From positions 62,170 through 126,169 of the forward strand of contig ADNK01002758.1 of NCBI GenBank assembly GCA_000320545.1: a stretch of 64,000 nt of DNA, read 5' to 3'. A program made the position numbers and the translations under genes. Of this stretch, positions 1 through 14,291 are shown one piece after another. The notes below the pieces were generated by a model. The model ran no database searches, was not told where the DNA came from, and saw only the letters and a program-made list of their open reading frames with translations. Position 1 is the stretch's first letter. The number at the start of each line of letters is the position of its first letter. The stretch comes from Bigelowiella natans CCMP2755 (lineage: Eukaryota > Protista > Cercozoa).

Positions 1-555
1 AAGCTGTGTTTTTCTGTCCACATCGCCGTTCATTCTCGTTTCTACTATTCCATTCCTCGTATCTACTCCTTCCCTCCTCGTGTGTTTTCTACCATCATCT
101 TTACTTTGTTTCTGTCTTCTTCTCCTAACTACTCTCTAACATACTCCAAAGCATCCTGCACAGTCTTCTGATCTTCTGAGCTTAACTCTTCAAAATGTTG
201 CAAATCGTCGATTGATTCAACCTGTGATAATGATAAATATTCTTGGTTGTGAATCAAGCACCTTTACAATTACCACGCACCTTTTTCGTTGTCTTTCGCT
301 GTCGGAGCTGCATCTGGAAAAATGGAGATACCTTATACCAAGTCGTCATCAAAGATCCGTCGTCTTTGAATGGGTTAGGACCTAGGCAAAACATAACCAT
401 CGCCCATTAAGAAGCAAACATAGTAGTAGTAGATGAGAAATATCATCACCGATAGAGCCAATCCTAAGCTCGCCCTTGGCAATTTTTTCCTTGGACTTCT
501 TACACTTGCTTCGGCCATTACTAGCTCTTTCGACAACAAAAGATCTATCTGCCAT
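1..555 (-). CDS. 5' end of a gene with an N-terminal PARP/DNA ligase III-type zinc finger (probable DNA ligase III-like; continues past the window start)
   Basis: Exons 555-450, 381-281, 221-~145 with GT-AG ends splice to MADRSFVVERASNGRSKCKKSKEKIAKGELRIGSIGPNPFKDDGSLMTTWYKVSPFFQMQLRQRKTTKKVESIDDLQHFEELSSEDQKTVQDAL. This follows the LIG3 finger pattern (CKKCKEKI.KG..RIG...PNPF......W......R.TTKK......EEL). The catalytic domains are outside the window. Confidence 0.75.
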
Positions 556-1199
556 TGACTTATTAGCGTTAAATTAAAATGGTTGTGGTCTTCTTCTTCT
601 TCTTGAGTCGTTGTAGTAGCACACGCTCGGTTGCTCCACGTCTCTTCGTCGTCGTCTTCTTGCTTCTTCTGGTTCGTTGGCGTTTTTTATCTTATTTAGA
701 ATATTTTATGTTGTCGTCAGTAAGAATTCCTTGTGATTTAATAAGAATTGGTAGTATATGCAAAAACATTCAAATCTGAACAGGCGACAATACTTGCGTA
801 GGAATTGTGGAGTGTAACGGCATGAGGTGTCCAGAAAAATGGAACCCACATGCACGTGACAATCTCTGTGTCTCCAGGTCACTATTGTGTCTGTCTGTCG
901 TTACCAAATAATTAAGGCTCAGAAGATCCTTCCTTAAAGTCCTTAGTTACTTATCTCAATTGCAAAATATCCGACTTTTATGGTTTTCTAAGCATAGTAG
1001 AGACCGAAAAACGCAGTAGCCTGTTTAAGTAGTATAGTATTTCTACCTTCACTTCATTCCCAATGGATAGAACAATAATCAACTTCCACTTTGATTGTTT
1101 CATGGAAAGGGATAAATTTCACCTGTGCGGCTGAACATTGAGATTGGAGCGAGTAGGAGCAGGAATCGAGAGAGAGAGAGTCAATATTCACATAGAGTC

Positions 1200-1597
1200 A
1201 TGAAGTCTACTGTGCGAAGAAACACGACGATTCCACCCGTCAACACCAGGTAGTTGAAGTATTTTCAATACAACATAAAAGTATTTAATATTTAATGTCA
1301 ATGATAAATTTCACCAGTCACTCGGATGGTGTTGATTAATGTTATTAGGATGAGCGTAATGTTTATAGTTACATGTGTGAATGATCTAAGAATCGAGTGT
1401 AAATAAATAGGCGACCAAAAACTTCTGAGGGATATACTATTCCGTCACGAAGAAGCACAAATCGTTTGACTTCTAGGAATAATTCCCCACCGCCTTTGAA
1501 GCTCCAATCAATTTCAAAGAGGAAGCTAAGTTTATCATCCAGAAGACCCGGAATTAAAAGGTATCCTACATCTTTTGAGCTTGGCACACACACACAC

Positions 1598-1634
<37 letters not shown>

Positions 1635-1798
1635 ATTTTCTCTATTAATGAGGTTCTTCTGAAATTTCTGAGAGAATCTTGGCTATTTGTTACCCTAGCG
1701 TTCTTCTAACACTCCACCGACTCTTTTCCTCCTCAAATTCTGTAATAACAGCCCCCCTTCATATAGAACCACTTCAAAACTAAGCAAAACCCCCAAAG

Positions 1799-1829
<31 letters not shown>

Positions 1830-1837
1830 TGTGTATT

Positions 1838-1878
<41 letters not shown>

Positions 1879-2158
1879 CGACCGACTTTTAATCTATGTA
1901 ACACCTATTATACGAAAGATGCGCGTAGATAGGTTCTTCTTTACTTTGATTGACTAATATCTAGATATCCTCTCCATTGTAATACTATGGGTGATGATCA
2001 TTATCATCGTTATCATTTCTCAGCCTCATTCAAAAAGATTTCTACCACATCGAGATACAGCCCTTATTTTGACCATGATGTAAGTTATTATTGGGGGTTG
2101 GGGGAAGACTGACTGGGTTATAGAATTCATGTGTCAAGTTGCCAAGAATGTAGTTCAC

Positions 2159-2210
<52 letters not shown>

Positions 2211-2493
2211 AAAGAGAGAATCTTTATACAAGAAGCGAAACCTATTATTTTGTGTGAATAATCCAATGATTACTACTCATAAATACAATTCTTTAGGGCC
2301 AAGCATTCAACTTCGGTGCTTCATCATCACCGTCTTCGTCGTTATCATCATCATCATCCATTGCAACAGGGAGAAAAGGAGGAGGAGGGACTGGTAGGAG
2401 AACTAGCAGGACGATGGTCATGTCTTCTTCTGAGGATTGTAGCAGATCTCAGGTAGTAATTGATAGCAGCTAATAGTAGTAGTAGTAGTAGTT

Positions 2494-2535
<42 letters not shown>

Positions 2536-4718
2536 ATGGTTATTATGGACAATATAGCAGTAGCTACAAGCAGTAGGGACATATTCTGTAGCTAATGGAA
2601 AATGAGGCAGCAGCAGCAGCAGCAGCATCACCTTTAATAACAGACAATTATTTTTCGCATTATTACCATATCAGGAGAAGAAAACCAGGGGAACATTGAG
2701 CGGCGAAGGATCATCGTCATCGTGTTCATCTCCTTCTTCCTTAACAGGCGCAATAAGTAGTTTTTTCAAGGTTAAAGAAGTTCCTAGAACTGTTGAAGGC
2801 CTTCGTAAACGAGTAGTGTCATTTAAGGTCGTAAACTACTAGTACTCTTAGTACCAGTGCTAGTAGTAGTAGTAGAGTAGTAGTAGTAGTAAGTAGTCGT
2901 AGAAAGGACACACACGATATTTTCTGGTAGTATGTGATGTTCTCCTAATTTGTGTTCCTTTTCCTCTTTTTCGGATGCAATGAACTTTAAACTGATATCC
3001 ATGTAGAAAGCAGTCTTTTGTTAATTGTGATCTCGCTTTGCATATTCCACAGCAAGCTGACCTATTCTACTCTTACTTCTATTTTTAGAGAAAGAGGCGC
3101 GGGGAACTCGAGACAATAGAACTCATGCAAACGGAATTAGGGAAAATTTTTCACACAGCTAAGCGTGAATTTAAGATTAATTCAAAAATCGCAACAAAGT
3201 TTTCGAAGCTGGATAAGCAACAAGTGGAGCAAATCCTACGTATTCAGAAGTCCCGTGTGTCCGTTCTTATCCAACGACTTTCGCAGCTCAAAATCGACTT
3301 GGAAGCTGCACGAATTGAGAGAAATTCTGTGGAATACTCGCTGGAATATCGATGTTACCAAGAAACAACAGCAAGAATTCTTCATCTAGGAAGAAAAATG
3401 AAGGCTGTAGGAAATCTCATAGCAGCGGATAATAGCATGAATAACAACTGCAGTAACAATAATATCAGCAGCTTTGTAGCGAAAGATAGAGACTCAAGAA
3501 GAAGCAGTCCAACACGTAGCGGCAACATCGACAACAACAACAACAACAACGAGGAATATAGCGGTTGTTATGTTTGAGAATTGACATACTCGTAGTAGTC
3601 GACATAGACTTAGTGATGACACAACCCTTTTGTGATGTAAGAATCATGTTAGCACCATCGTTGTTGCGAATTCAATCGACACACACACAACAATGGTTGC
3701 TTGTTGTTTATCGTTGACCTTTGTCCTTCCTTCTTTTTCTTCCTCTTCTTCTTCGTGTTCTTCAGAGAGACCGACATCATCGTCTTCATCATCACACTAT
3801 GGTATCCCAGCTCTTCCAAAATTCCAAAATGGAAGTGCTGATGGTGGTAGTAGTCCTCCTAATTTTGATGGTGGTGGTGGTGCTGCTGCTGCTACGACTG
3901 CACAAGCTGCAAAATTCAAGGCACTCGTAAATTGTGTAGCCAAAGCAGAAGAGGAGCATGACTTGCTTCAAGCACAACTTGATGCAATCTCAGATTGGGT
4001 TTATCTCAACAAAAAATACCCTAATAACTCGTCGTCATCGTCTTCTGAAAGCAGCAGCAGCACCCGCAGCAGCACAACAGTCAAGACAAACAAGAGTGAT
4101 GAAGAATCAATAGGCGGGGGCACTACTACTGAGTCTCACAGCGATGATAACAACGGTGACAACAGCAACGAAATTAAGATGAAAAAGAAAAAGAAGATAC
4201 GTAGTAGTAGTAGAAGTAATAGTAGTGCGGCAGTCGATAAGGAAGAGGAAGGAGAGGAGAATGAGAATAACAACAACAACAACAACAACACAGGAACGGC
4301 GATAACAAGACCTCTTGTTGCAACGACGAGAGAACAACTGCATATCGAGCAAACATGCAAGGAGCTAACACGGGATTTAGATGACCTCAATTTACAGCTT
4401 GAGGTAGTAGTAGTAGTAGTAGTAGTAATAGTAGTAGTAAGTGATGTTGCTGCTGCTGCTGGTGAGGATGATGATGATGACGATGATGATGATGATGATG
4501 ACGTAGGCTAATAGTGGAAGATGATGTGTACAATACTAGATGTGTGTGTGTGTGTGTGTGCGTGTTGCATAGATGAGTGAGCGTATATGCATACGTAATG
4601 TCTCTAATACTGCCTGGATAAAAATAATAGTGTTCATACTAGTTTAAATGATGTAATGAAGCTCTTCATGATGTATGCATGCATCAGTCGTCCTCATCAT
4701 CATCATCATCAATGCCAC

Positions 4719-4749
<31 letters not shown>

Positions 4750-6272
4750 CTTCTTCTGCTTCTTCTTGTTGTTGTTCTTCACAGGCGTTGAAGAGGCTAC
4801 GTAGCCGAAACGACGAATACGTAAGGAAGAGAAACAACGCAATGACAGCACAAAACCGGAATATACAAGCGAAACATGAAGTAGAGCTCGAGGAGGTGCA
4901 GGCAAAAATAGGTCAAGGACGAAGAGTGTATATAATAGCAGTAGTAACAATAGCGAGGACTGTCATTAGTAACACAGAAAAATGTAAAAATACTACCTCC
5001 AATATTATTAAATAGTGACGTGCATTCACATTCATCATCATCTGCTTTTTCTTCATCTTTTTTGACCACCATCATTATAACTGTCTTTCATCATTTAGAT
5101 TTCGAGAAGGATTCCATGGCGGAATCTGCTAGGAGATTACAACATTCTAAATTACGTGTGCTACGATTAGAAGAGAGTGTAAAAAGTATCAAAGGGGGTG
5201 GGGTGGTGAAAACCGGAGATGGGGAGCTATTAATGATTACAACGAGTCAAGAAGACGAAATTGCTGAGATAAAACAAGATCCTTCTGCTGCTACAAGTAC
5301 AAAGAAAATTATCAAAAATGGTGATGATGATTATGATGATGATGATGATGAGGGAGAAGAAGAGAGGAGGAGGGGGGGTGATGATGCTACTGAGATCCAA
5401 ACGCTCACGGCCATCGTTGCGAAGTGTAAGGAAGACATTGAATATGAATCTACTCGACTCTGTGAAATAGGAGGACAAGAAACGTAAGAATGAATTCATA
5501 AAAGAAGAAAAACAGCCAGTGTGAAGATCTGAGAGATGAAAAAGTATCATCACGAAGAAGAATCGTTCTGCCAAACCTGAGGCACACCATCGTCATTCAT
5601 CATCATTATCATTATCATCATCATCATCACCATTCCAACTTAACGAAGTAGAATAAGGGTAATTCATCTTCTTACTCTTTGTATGGTGCTACTTCTTCTT
5701 TTAAGGTTCTCTTCTGCCTCTGACCTTGAAATTCTCTCCGTGGAGGAGCTCAAACAGCACGTTCTATCGCTTCTTAGTCAATACGGAGCAGACTACTATA
5801 ATTACAACAACAACCCCGAGGGCCAGGGAGAAGAGAACACAGTTAATAATAGTAGCTTTACGACGTCAGGAGGCTACTACTCTGAGATGCGAGCAGCCTT
5901 TGAAGCACGCAGAAACCAGCTCAAGAAAGAAGAACAAGAAGATGGCAACGACTACTCTGATGACTATGAAGAAGATGGTGATGATGATGATAATAATGGA
6001 ATTGAAGGAGGAGGAACAAAGGCAAGAGTCAATAGAAACAGCTGTAGTAAAGAGCCTACCTCATCATTAAATACAACGAGCACATCAACAACAGCTGCAG
6101 CATCTAATGACAGCACAGTAGTCGCTCCTTCTTCCCCTGTGATTTCCGCAAGGATGATCATGTGTATAGTCAAGATACAAATTCGTTTCAAGAAGAAGCT
6201 CCAGCAAGCAAGAGAAAGAATCAAAGCTATTGTGCTACGGGTAGTAGCATTACCACTTCTATTACTACCACG

Positions 6273-6304
<32 letters not shown>

Positions 6305-7084
6305 CAGTCTCTAGTATGTTCAGTGAGTGGTATTTAGTACACAACATGAATGATGGCAGCATGATGAGAGCATAATGAGAATAATCGCAAAAGATCTCAA
6401 ATAATGGTGATGATGATGATGATGATAATCAGACAGAGCAAACGACTATTATTATTAGTTGTAGTATTCTAGTGAATATCTACTACTATGTTCAATATTG
6501 TTGGTTGACTCATACATCGTTCTCCTCCTCCTCCTACTCCTCCTAGACGAAAGCGGAGCAAGAAGCTGATCTAAAAGCACGTCTAAAACGAGGCAAAATG
6601 AAAGCAAACGTCATAGCAAATCTAGCAGGGTGGAAAGCTCATGGTTCACTAGTTGATGCAGATGCAGATGCAGGTGAGTCCTCTGGTGATAACAATAGCT
6701 ACGACGATGATGATTTTAGTGGCACCGAAGCTGAAGCAATTATTAGCAATGACAAAAAAACAGGAGATAGTATTCGGGTAAAAGCAGCAGGAACACCAAC
6801 AAAAGCGGTCCCAAAGGAAATACAGCAGCAGCAGCAGCAGCAGCAAGAAAAGGCAAAGGTGGCAGTGGTGGCCAAGAGTGCTTCAAGTGCTACTTTTGCG
6901 GCAGCAGGATCACTCGAGGTAGCTCTTATTTTAGTGTGGATGTGTATGGCGATTGGGGAATGTATTAGAGTAGTAGTGTTATTCGTGTTTTTAATCCGTG
7001 TATCATCCATTATTGTTAGTAATTTTTTGTTATTTTGCATTGTAGGCCGGAGGTGATAGTGATGATTATAGCAGTGATGATTAA
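1200..7084 (+). CDS. Multi-exon low-complexity coiled-coil protein of unknown function with an IQ-like motif
   Basis: Chain of GT-AG exons from ATG 1200 (MKSTVRRNTT) through the coiled-coil ORFs at 3125, 3693, 4784, 5100, 5708 and 6548, with a last exon 7046-7084 ending TAA. IQ-like segment CIVKIQIRFKKKLQQARERIK near 6165. The 5' exon phasing is not fully resolved. Confidence 0.6.
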
Positions 7085-7399
7085 GCAGCTTCTTCTCAAT
7101 ACCATACAGCTTCAAGAGCTTATTCCCCTTCTTCTTATTATTCACAATGCGGAAGGAAGCAGCTAGAGGAGGAGGGGGCATTGACTTCCTTATGGACTTA
7201 CTTATCATTATTATTACTTTGATAATAATGCCAGAATAATCTAAAGTATGTGCATTATTACTTTGATAACAATGCTGGAATGCTCCATTGTTTACGTCAC
7301 GGATGATGTATGGGCGCTTTTCCTGTGTAGGTATTAAAATCAACCCCAACCTGCGGTTGACGAATTTGAAATGAAGCTCGAGAATACAGCGTATATTTC

Positions 7400-8350
7400 A
7401 TTTATTTTTGAATTTTATACAGAGACGAATTACTCATGAACATGCTGTGTGTTTAGATGAATCTATGCATATTCGTGGCACGCTAGCTATAGTTTGCTAG
7501 CAAGTCCACACGGGAGCGCGTACGTAGCTAGGTGGATGCGATGCAGTTCTGCTACACATGCAATGATATCGTCTAAGTGCACAGTCGTCAGCATGGTGTG
7601 CATTGATGCCGAGCATGTTGACTATATTGCATGCACAGGAAGCAGTCGTCAAGCTGCATGGCAAGGTGATTTGTGAACAACATGCTATTGCGACATGTCA
7701 ATTTATACACTACATAGATGTGCATCATCACATCATCAATAACATAATGACTGCTATTAGCGCTAGTACTGTTTGTGCATGTTTGTAGCAGCTAGACTGT
7801 CGTGCCAATGATATCATGCAATTGTTGCGCATTCTAGCGCAATGCTATAGATTTTGCAGAGCGCATTAGTGCGCAGGTGTACGTATGCATATCAGTACGC
7901 GAGGTCGATCATTGATCGTACGTGCTACTTATGGCTACTTGCTAGCTTGGTTGTGGCGTATGTAAGAGACGGATGCAATGAAGTGATTAAATTTTTTCAA
8001 TGGTCATCCTAATGTAGCTATGCAAAGAGCGGCTACAGCGCTTATGTTGTATCTGTTCGTCTCTTCTATTATGTGTTTCATGCATTTAAAAGCATCTGTG
8101 GCGTATGTATATTTGTGGCAATGTCTTTGTGATGTGCCCGCCGATAAACTAGTATGGGTACGTGTGCATGTCATCAAGCTAGCATGGCCGTCGATCTAGC
8201 CGTGTGTACTTACACTCATCATCTACAGATGTGACATAGCGACGTGCATGTTGATGCGTGATAGCGATGTATTTTACAATGACCATCATTGAATAGGACT
8301 ATCATCATTGGGAGCACATCTAATAACTAATGCATTGATTAAAGCTCGAG
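7400..8350. other. CTAG/CATG/TGCA-rich tail-to-tail spacer 1
   Basis: Dense GCTAGC, CTAG, CATG and TGCA words with no long microsatellites, between converging genes. Confidence 0.75.
7967..8063 (+). repeat. Dispersed ~100-bp repeat, copy 1
   Basis: Aligns by eye at roughly 80-85% identity to the reverse complement of 50984-51085. Exact shared blocks TTCAATGGTCATCCT and AGCGGCTACAGCGCT. Confidence 0.9.
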
Positions 8351-8537
8351 ACAGAGAAATGACTTGTTGTAATTCTCCCAAAATAAAGCTACAAAATTTT
8401 CAATTCTCCGTTTCAATTTCCACGTACAGCCGTACACGTGCTCATACAATATATGTACACATATTTATGTGTATATTGCTGAAGTACACATACATATTTG
8501 ATACATACACATACAAACATGTGCATTATGCTGCTGC

Positions 8538-10287
8538 CTATGCGCTTGGAGGTGATCCATCGAAGTCTTTGTCCTGGTGTCGTAGAAGGTTAATAAAGCA
8601 CACAAACACATCATCAAATATTTAACGACAACTGAATTAGGATAAGAAACAGAAGAAAAAGCATAGTGAAAATAGGTACATGTATGCATCATCTCCCACC
8701 GAAAAAAGACTAAGAAGGCTAGCTTGTTATTACTACCTCCTCCCATGTGATCTCAGCACCTAAGATACGATGATGCGATTGAAAAATACCATAGACGACG
8801 ACCATGTTAGATACGAAACACTAACACTAACACTAACACCACCACCACCTACTGCTACTACTACTACTGCTACTACTACAACTACTACTACAAATACATT
8901 TCAATGTTCTTTGCTCATATGAATATCATGTTGTCGTGTTTTATCAACTCGAATATCACCATGGGTATTTACTACGACTACCTCCTCCTCCTCCTCCTAC
9001 TACCTACCTACTACTACTACTACTACTACTCCTACTACTACTACAAAGATGATGATGGTGATGATAATGATGATACCATATCATTACCAGGGAATTTTGT
9101 CCATAAAATGTTTTTTATCTTCGGCGCCTCCCTGAGAATGCGTGCACGTGATTGAGCGAGTGATGCGAGATTGATGACGAGCATTCAAACAAAAAGACGA
9201 AGAGGACCCAACACAACTACTAACTACTACTACTACTACTACTACTACTAGTAGTAGTAGTACTATATGTGTTTGAAATGGTGAGTTCGTTCTCCAAAGC
9301 TACGTGGACACTGACTACTTGCAACTGCAGCAGCAGCAGCAGCAGCATAAATCATCATCATCATCATCACGATGAATATCACCTTCGATCCAAAACTGCT
9401 TTTTGTAATGGAGGAAGTTTATCGTATTCCATCCAGATGCTCCACCCAGCCTACCACAACAACAACAACAACACAAGAGGATCGTAGGAGAGGAGAGGAT
9501 GATGATAATCAAGAGCACTTTGTGTAGAGATAGGTGGTGATTGCTGCGGAAGAGAATAGTAGATAGTAGTAATATTCGTAGTGGTGAAGATAGTAATAAA
9601 ACTATTCATATTAACAATAATAAGAGTGAGTAGGATGGATGGGGATGGATCATGGAATATCATCATGATCATCATGATCATACTGCTATAGACCTCTACT
9701 CGTGATAGTTTGCATGGTCCTTGGCATACTGTAGCCTCTGAGCGGAGTAGTGGTAGGTGGGGGAGGAGGAAGTAATAATATCAATCATGATATAATGATG
9801 ATGGTCAGACAATGACGCTGGAAAACGATAATTCGTGAACAACGACCTCTTCTTCTTCTTCTTCTTCTTCTTCTTCTCCTTCTTCTTCTCTCTCTACTTC
9901 CTTACTTACTCACCCTACTACTATAGTACTACAAGTACTACTCTTAGTAGCATCTCTACCTGCAGGGTTGAGCTTGAAGTAAAGCGTCTTGAATCGATCC
10001 GCATAGCATGTTCTACAACGCCACTCTCCGCTTGTGATAGGCCCCTGGCGACCAAGTCGCATTAGCAGTATTTAGTAGTTGGAATATTGAGAGGGGAGGA
10101 GGGGGATTAGGAATATTGATAAGAAGAATATAATAGGTAATATCAGCATTTTGTTTCTTCTTCTTCTTCTTCTTCGTATAAATAATATCTTGTTGTTATT
10201 TCCACATCATCGTCATCATCATCATCATCATCATCATCATCGTCATCTTCCATCAACATGCGTCCCTTTCCATGATCGAAGCAACGT

Positions 10288-10319
<32 letters not shown>

Positions 10320-10986
10320 TAGAAGAACATCATCTTAAAAGTAGCAGCGGGCTATTACTATCACCAATACTCTTCTAATGCTACAACCTGCTCGAATACG
10401 GGTTGTTTTGGCATATCCTTTGGCCTTTCTTGACCTAAATCCAAGCTCTATGTATTAGAAACCACCTCCCATTGCCGTTGTTGTTGTTGTTGTTGTTTCC
10501 CACCTTTAACGGTTGGATCATCTACAGCAAGCATCACCTATATAACAAAAACATTGTTTATAATAATAATTGATCATAAAATCATAGTAGAGAGACGATA
10601 AGAAGAAGCAGCAAAGGCAACCAATCAATCATACGGATTGAAGGAGAAGAAAGAAGGAAGAGGAGAAGAGCAATACCTCCCAACGCCATTTCTCGTATTG
10701 ACCAACTTTGTTTTTACGATCTTCAGGATGCGCCTGTGGTAAGATAATGATGGTGATCGTCATTCGTGTGCGTGCAAAGATCATCATCAGAAACCACAAT
10801 CATGATAAAAATACGAGAGTAGTAGATTCATTTCTGTGCTCTTTGCCCAATAATCCTCTTTTATATCCCCCCCCCCACACATACATATACACACACCACA
10901 ACCTGAACAACGCTCTCAATTTCACCAGGTAAGGGCTTGAAATAGCTTTCCACACGCTTCTTCGGTGCTAAGTTGTTGTTATTGGT

Positions 10987-11026
<40 letters not shown>

Positions 11027-11126
11027 TAGTAGGTAGGTAGGTAGAGGAGATAGTAGTAGTATTGGAGCTGGTGATCTCAGGACCTTGCAGTAGTAGTAGT
11101 AGTAGTAGTAGTAGTAGTTGCAGTGA

Positions 11127-11163
<37 letters not shown>

Positions 11164-11808
11164 AAGCGTCAATAACAACGCATCATCTTCCTTCCTCTCC
11201 TTCTTACCTTCCTTTCATCCCATCACCCCCCTCTTTGTTTCTTTTGTCATGCGAATTTTCCTTCGCCATCATAATAATACCGGGTGGAGCAATTCCATTG
11301 AGTGCCTTGACAGTGATCTTACTCAATCGAGGACCTTAGAAGAAAGAGAGAGTAAGAGTAAGAAGAAGAAGAAGACAACAACGCCGATAATAATGACGAT
11401 AATAATGACGATCTATGATGATGGGCTAGGAAGCAAGAAACCTGTGTGTGTAGGTAAGTCAGTAAGCGATGTGTGATGTAAATATCATCAAACACAACGA
11501 CAGTACTAAATCAACAAACGATGCAAGTAGCATCATCATACATGCTAATACCTCCAGGTGGTAGGCCATTCCAATGGTAAAACGTATAAGTATGAGCAGA
11601 TCGAAGCTCCTTCTCCTTCTTATCTTCATCATCACCATTATCATTGTTGCTGGTGGCCAAATCCTCTAAGTTGTTTGGACATTAGATGCTGCTTTACTTG
11701 CTTACTTATTTCATCGTCATCTCATCTTCACCACTCTCTTCTAACTTCGCAACCATTATCAACACCAAGAAACCTCGTTTACTTTGCACTACTTCCTTCC
11801 ACACGTCG

Positions 11809-11848
<40 letters not shown>

Positions 11849-12702
11849 GTACTTGCTAGTACTGGTACTAGTTACTAGTACTACCGTTTGACCACAGTGT
11901 AGTGAAATGATCTCCTCCATGCAGGATCCAAACGGGGGACTTGGGCGATTTCAATCTTTGAAGCGTGGGATGTGAGAAAAGAGCCAAAACAACGAATTAG
12001 AACAGAATAACGGGAGGGGAATAGGTTGATGATGATGCTAAACAACTCCTATGCTACGTACGCATCACAAACGACGATTCCATTCTTGAACTCATCCGCA
12101 GTGAGCAAACCTGTTGATCACATCATAATAATAACTGTATTACATCTTGAAAAAGAAGGAAAACGATGATAATAATAATCATTATCATCATTGTCATCAT
12201 AATTATATGTGATTATCACTACTATCTCTACTATACTATAATAGACTGACCAACTCCAAGGTCCATGTTGACCCAATTATGAGGACGTCCCATCAATGTA
12301 AACGCTCCTTAATAACACAACAACAACAACAACAACAACGACATACATACTCAATAATAATGATAACAACAATAATAAGGCAGAAGGAGTTATAAGTTTA
12401 AGTGAGTACGTTGCTCCTCCATCACATTATGATCACTATCATTATCATTATCATATCATCATATCCTAGAATATATGATCTATCTATATATATAATTGTT
12501 GATTGATATATTGATTCCCTACCAACATTTCCCCCTGCCTTCCCACGTATCAGTAAGCTAATCAGCTCACTAGTGCCTGGTCATCAATTGGTAAGAGAAA
12601 AGTACACATCATGCATGAATTATGATCATCTAACCATACACTTGCTGCAAATACCACTGTACGTTATTACTTAGTAGGGATTTGTAGCAGTATTACTCTT
12701 AG

Positions 12703-12733
<31 letters not shown>

Positions 12734-13953
12734 AACTAATACTAGAGTTGACTCCTGTGTGTGTGTGTGTGCGTGTGTGTGCGTGTGTTGTTGTTGTTGT
12801 TGTTGTTGCTGTCTCGCCTATAACGGAGGCTGCTGTAATACCATGAAGTGTGCACGTACAATAATATGTGTGTTTAGTGTGTACTTAGGGTGTGCGACTA
12901 CTTTGGACATGAACCCTTCCCCCCCCCCCCCCCTCCCTCTCTCTCATTGTTGCTCACAAAGCCAGGAGTTGTGAGCTTTGATTGTTAGGGGTGATCCGGT
13001 TTCTCCACCCTCGGATATGATGTCTTGCTTGATCTAAGGATCGTGATGATCATGATCATGATGATGATATATTTTTGTGCTTACTATAGGTCATCACACG
13101 CCTCGTTACTACTACTACTACTACTACAACTACAACTACTACTACCTGCTTGACCCCTCTTGTTAGAGCAGCGGAATACACCACCAAAACGCAGCCACCT
13201 TAAGAATATAATAGTAGCTACTCATCACAACGACGCACATATATTATAATTATAAGTAAGAACATCTGCAATGCATGTAGAGATGTTGATCGTCACCATA
13301 TGTTAATCATTACAAGAATTCATTTCATTCTTCGCAGCTTCTTGCACCACATACTGTATTGTCTAACAACAAGCGCATTGTTCACCATCATTATCATCAT
13401 CATCATCATCATCATCATCATAAGACCAGATGAGATGAATACCATTGACAACAATTCGCAGCAATGACATATATTACAGTGTCGTTCTCATCTCATCACT
13501 CAACAGAAAATACCATGCATACATCCTAGTAGCACTCATTATTACCACTTCCTGAGAAATATTTGATATTTTTGAAGACAAGCGGCTTTAGCTGGGTTTC
13601 CTTCTCACACTTGATCTCATTAACAGCTTCCCCTACTTTGTCACTCTGTGAACAACAACAACAACAACAACAACAACAATAACAACAACAACGACAACAA
13701 CAACGACAACAACAACAACAACAACAACGTTCACTACTACTTACATCATGATAACGTCATCATCATCATCGCCAGGAATCAACTGTTTTCTTTCTTCCCT
13801 TTATTATGATGATGAATATTGAGTGATATGGTTTACCCAGGTGCAGACGATGATGGGGTCGTCCTTTTCTTCCTTGCCCTTTGATAAGACATTGCTCAGT
13901 GTTAATTGAGAGAAGGAGCGCGAAGATACAGAGAGACGAAGAATGGCAGCAGG

Positions 13954-13993
<40 letters not shown>

Positions 13994-14257
13994 GAGGAGG
14001 AGGAGGAGGAGGAGGAGGAGATATATAATTGATGCTCCTTCGCATTCTGCCAATGTACTACTAGTAGTGCTATTAGTGCTGGATGGAATCAACTACTTAG
14101 TTACTATCATCATTTTTATTTATTCACTGCTGGCAACTACTTTTGCTGCCTGCAGCAGTATTGCCACAATAGCATCTGCCAAATCCTCATCAGATGGCTT
14201 GTACCTTAGCAGTGTGTGATGATGATGATGATGATGAAAATGATGATGATGATGAAA

Positions 14258-14291
<34 letters not shown>

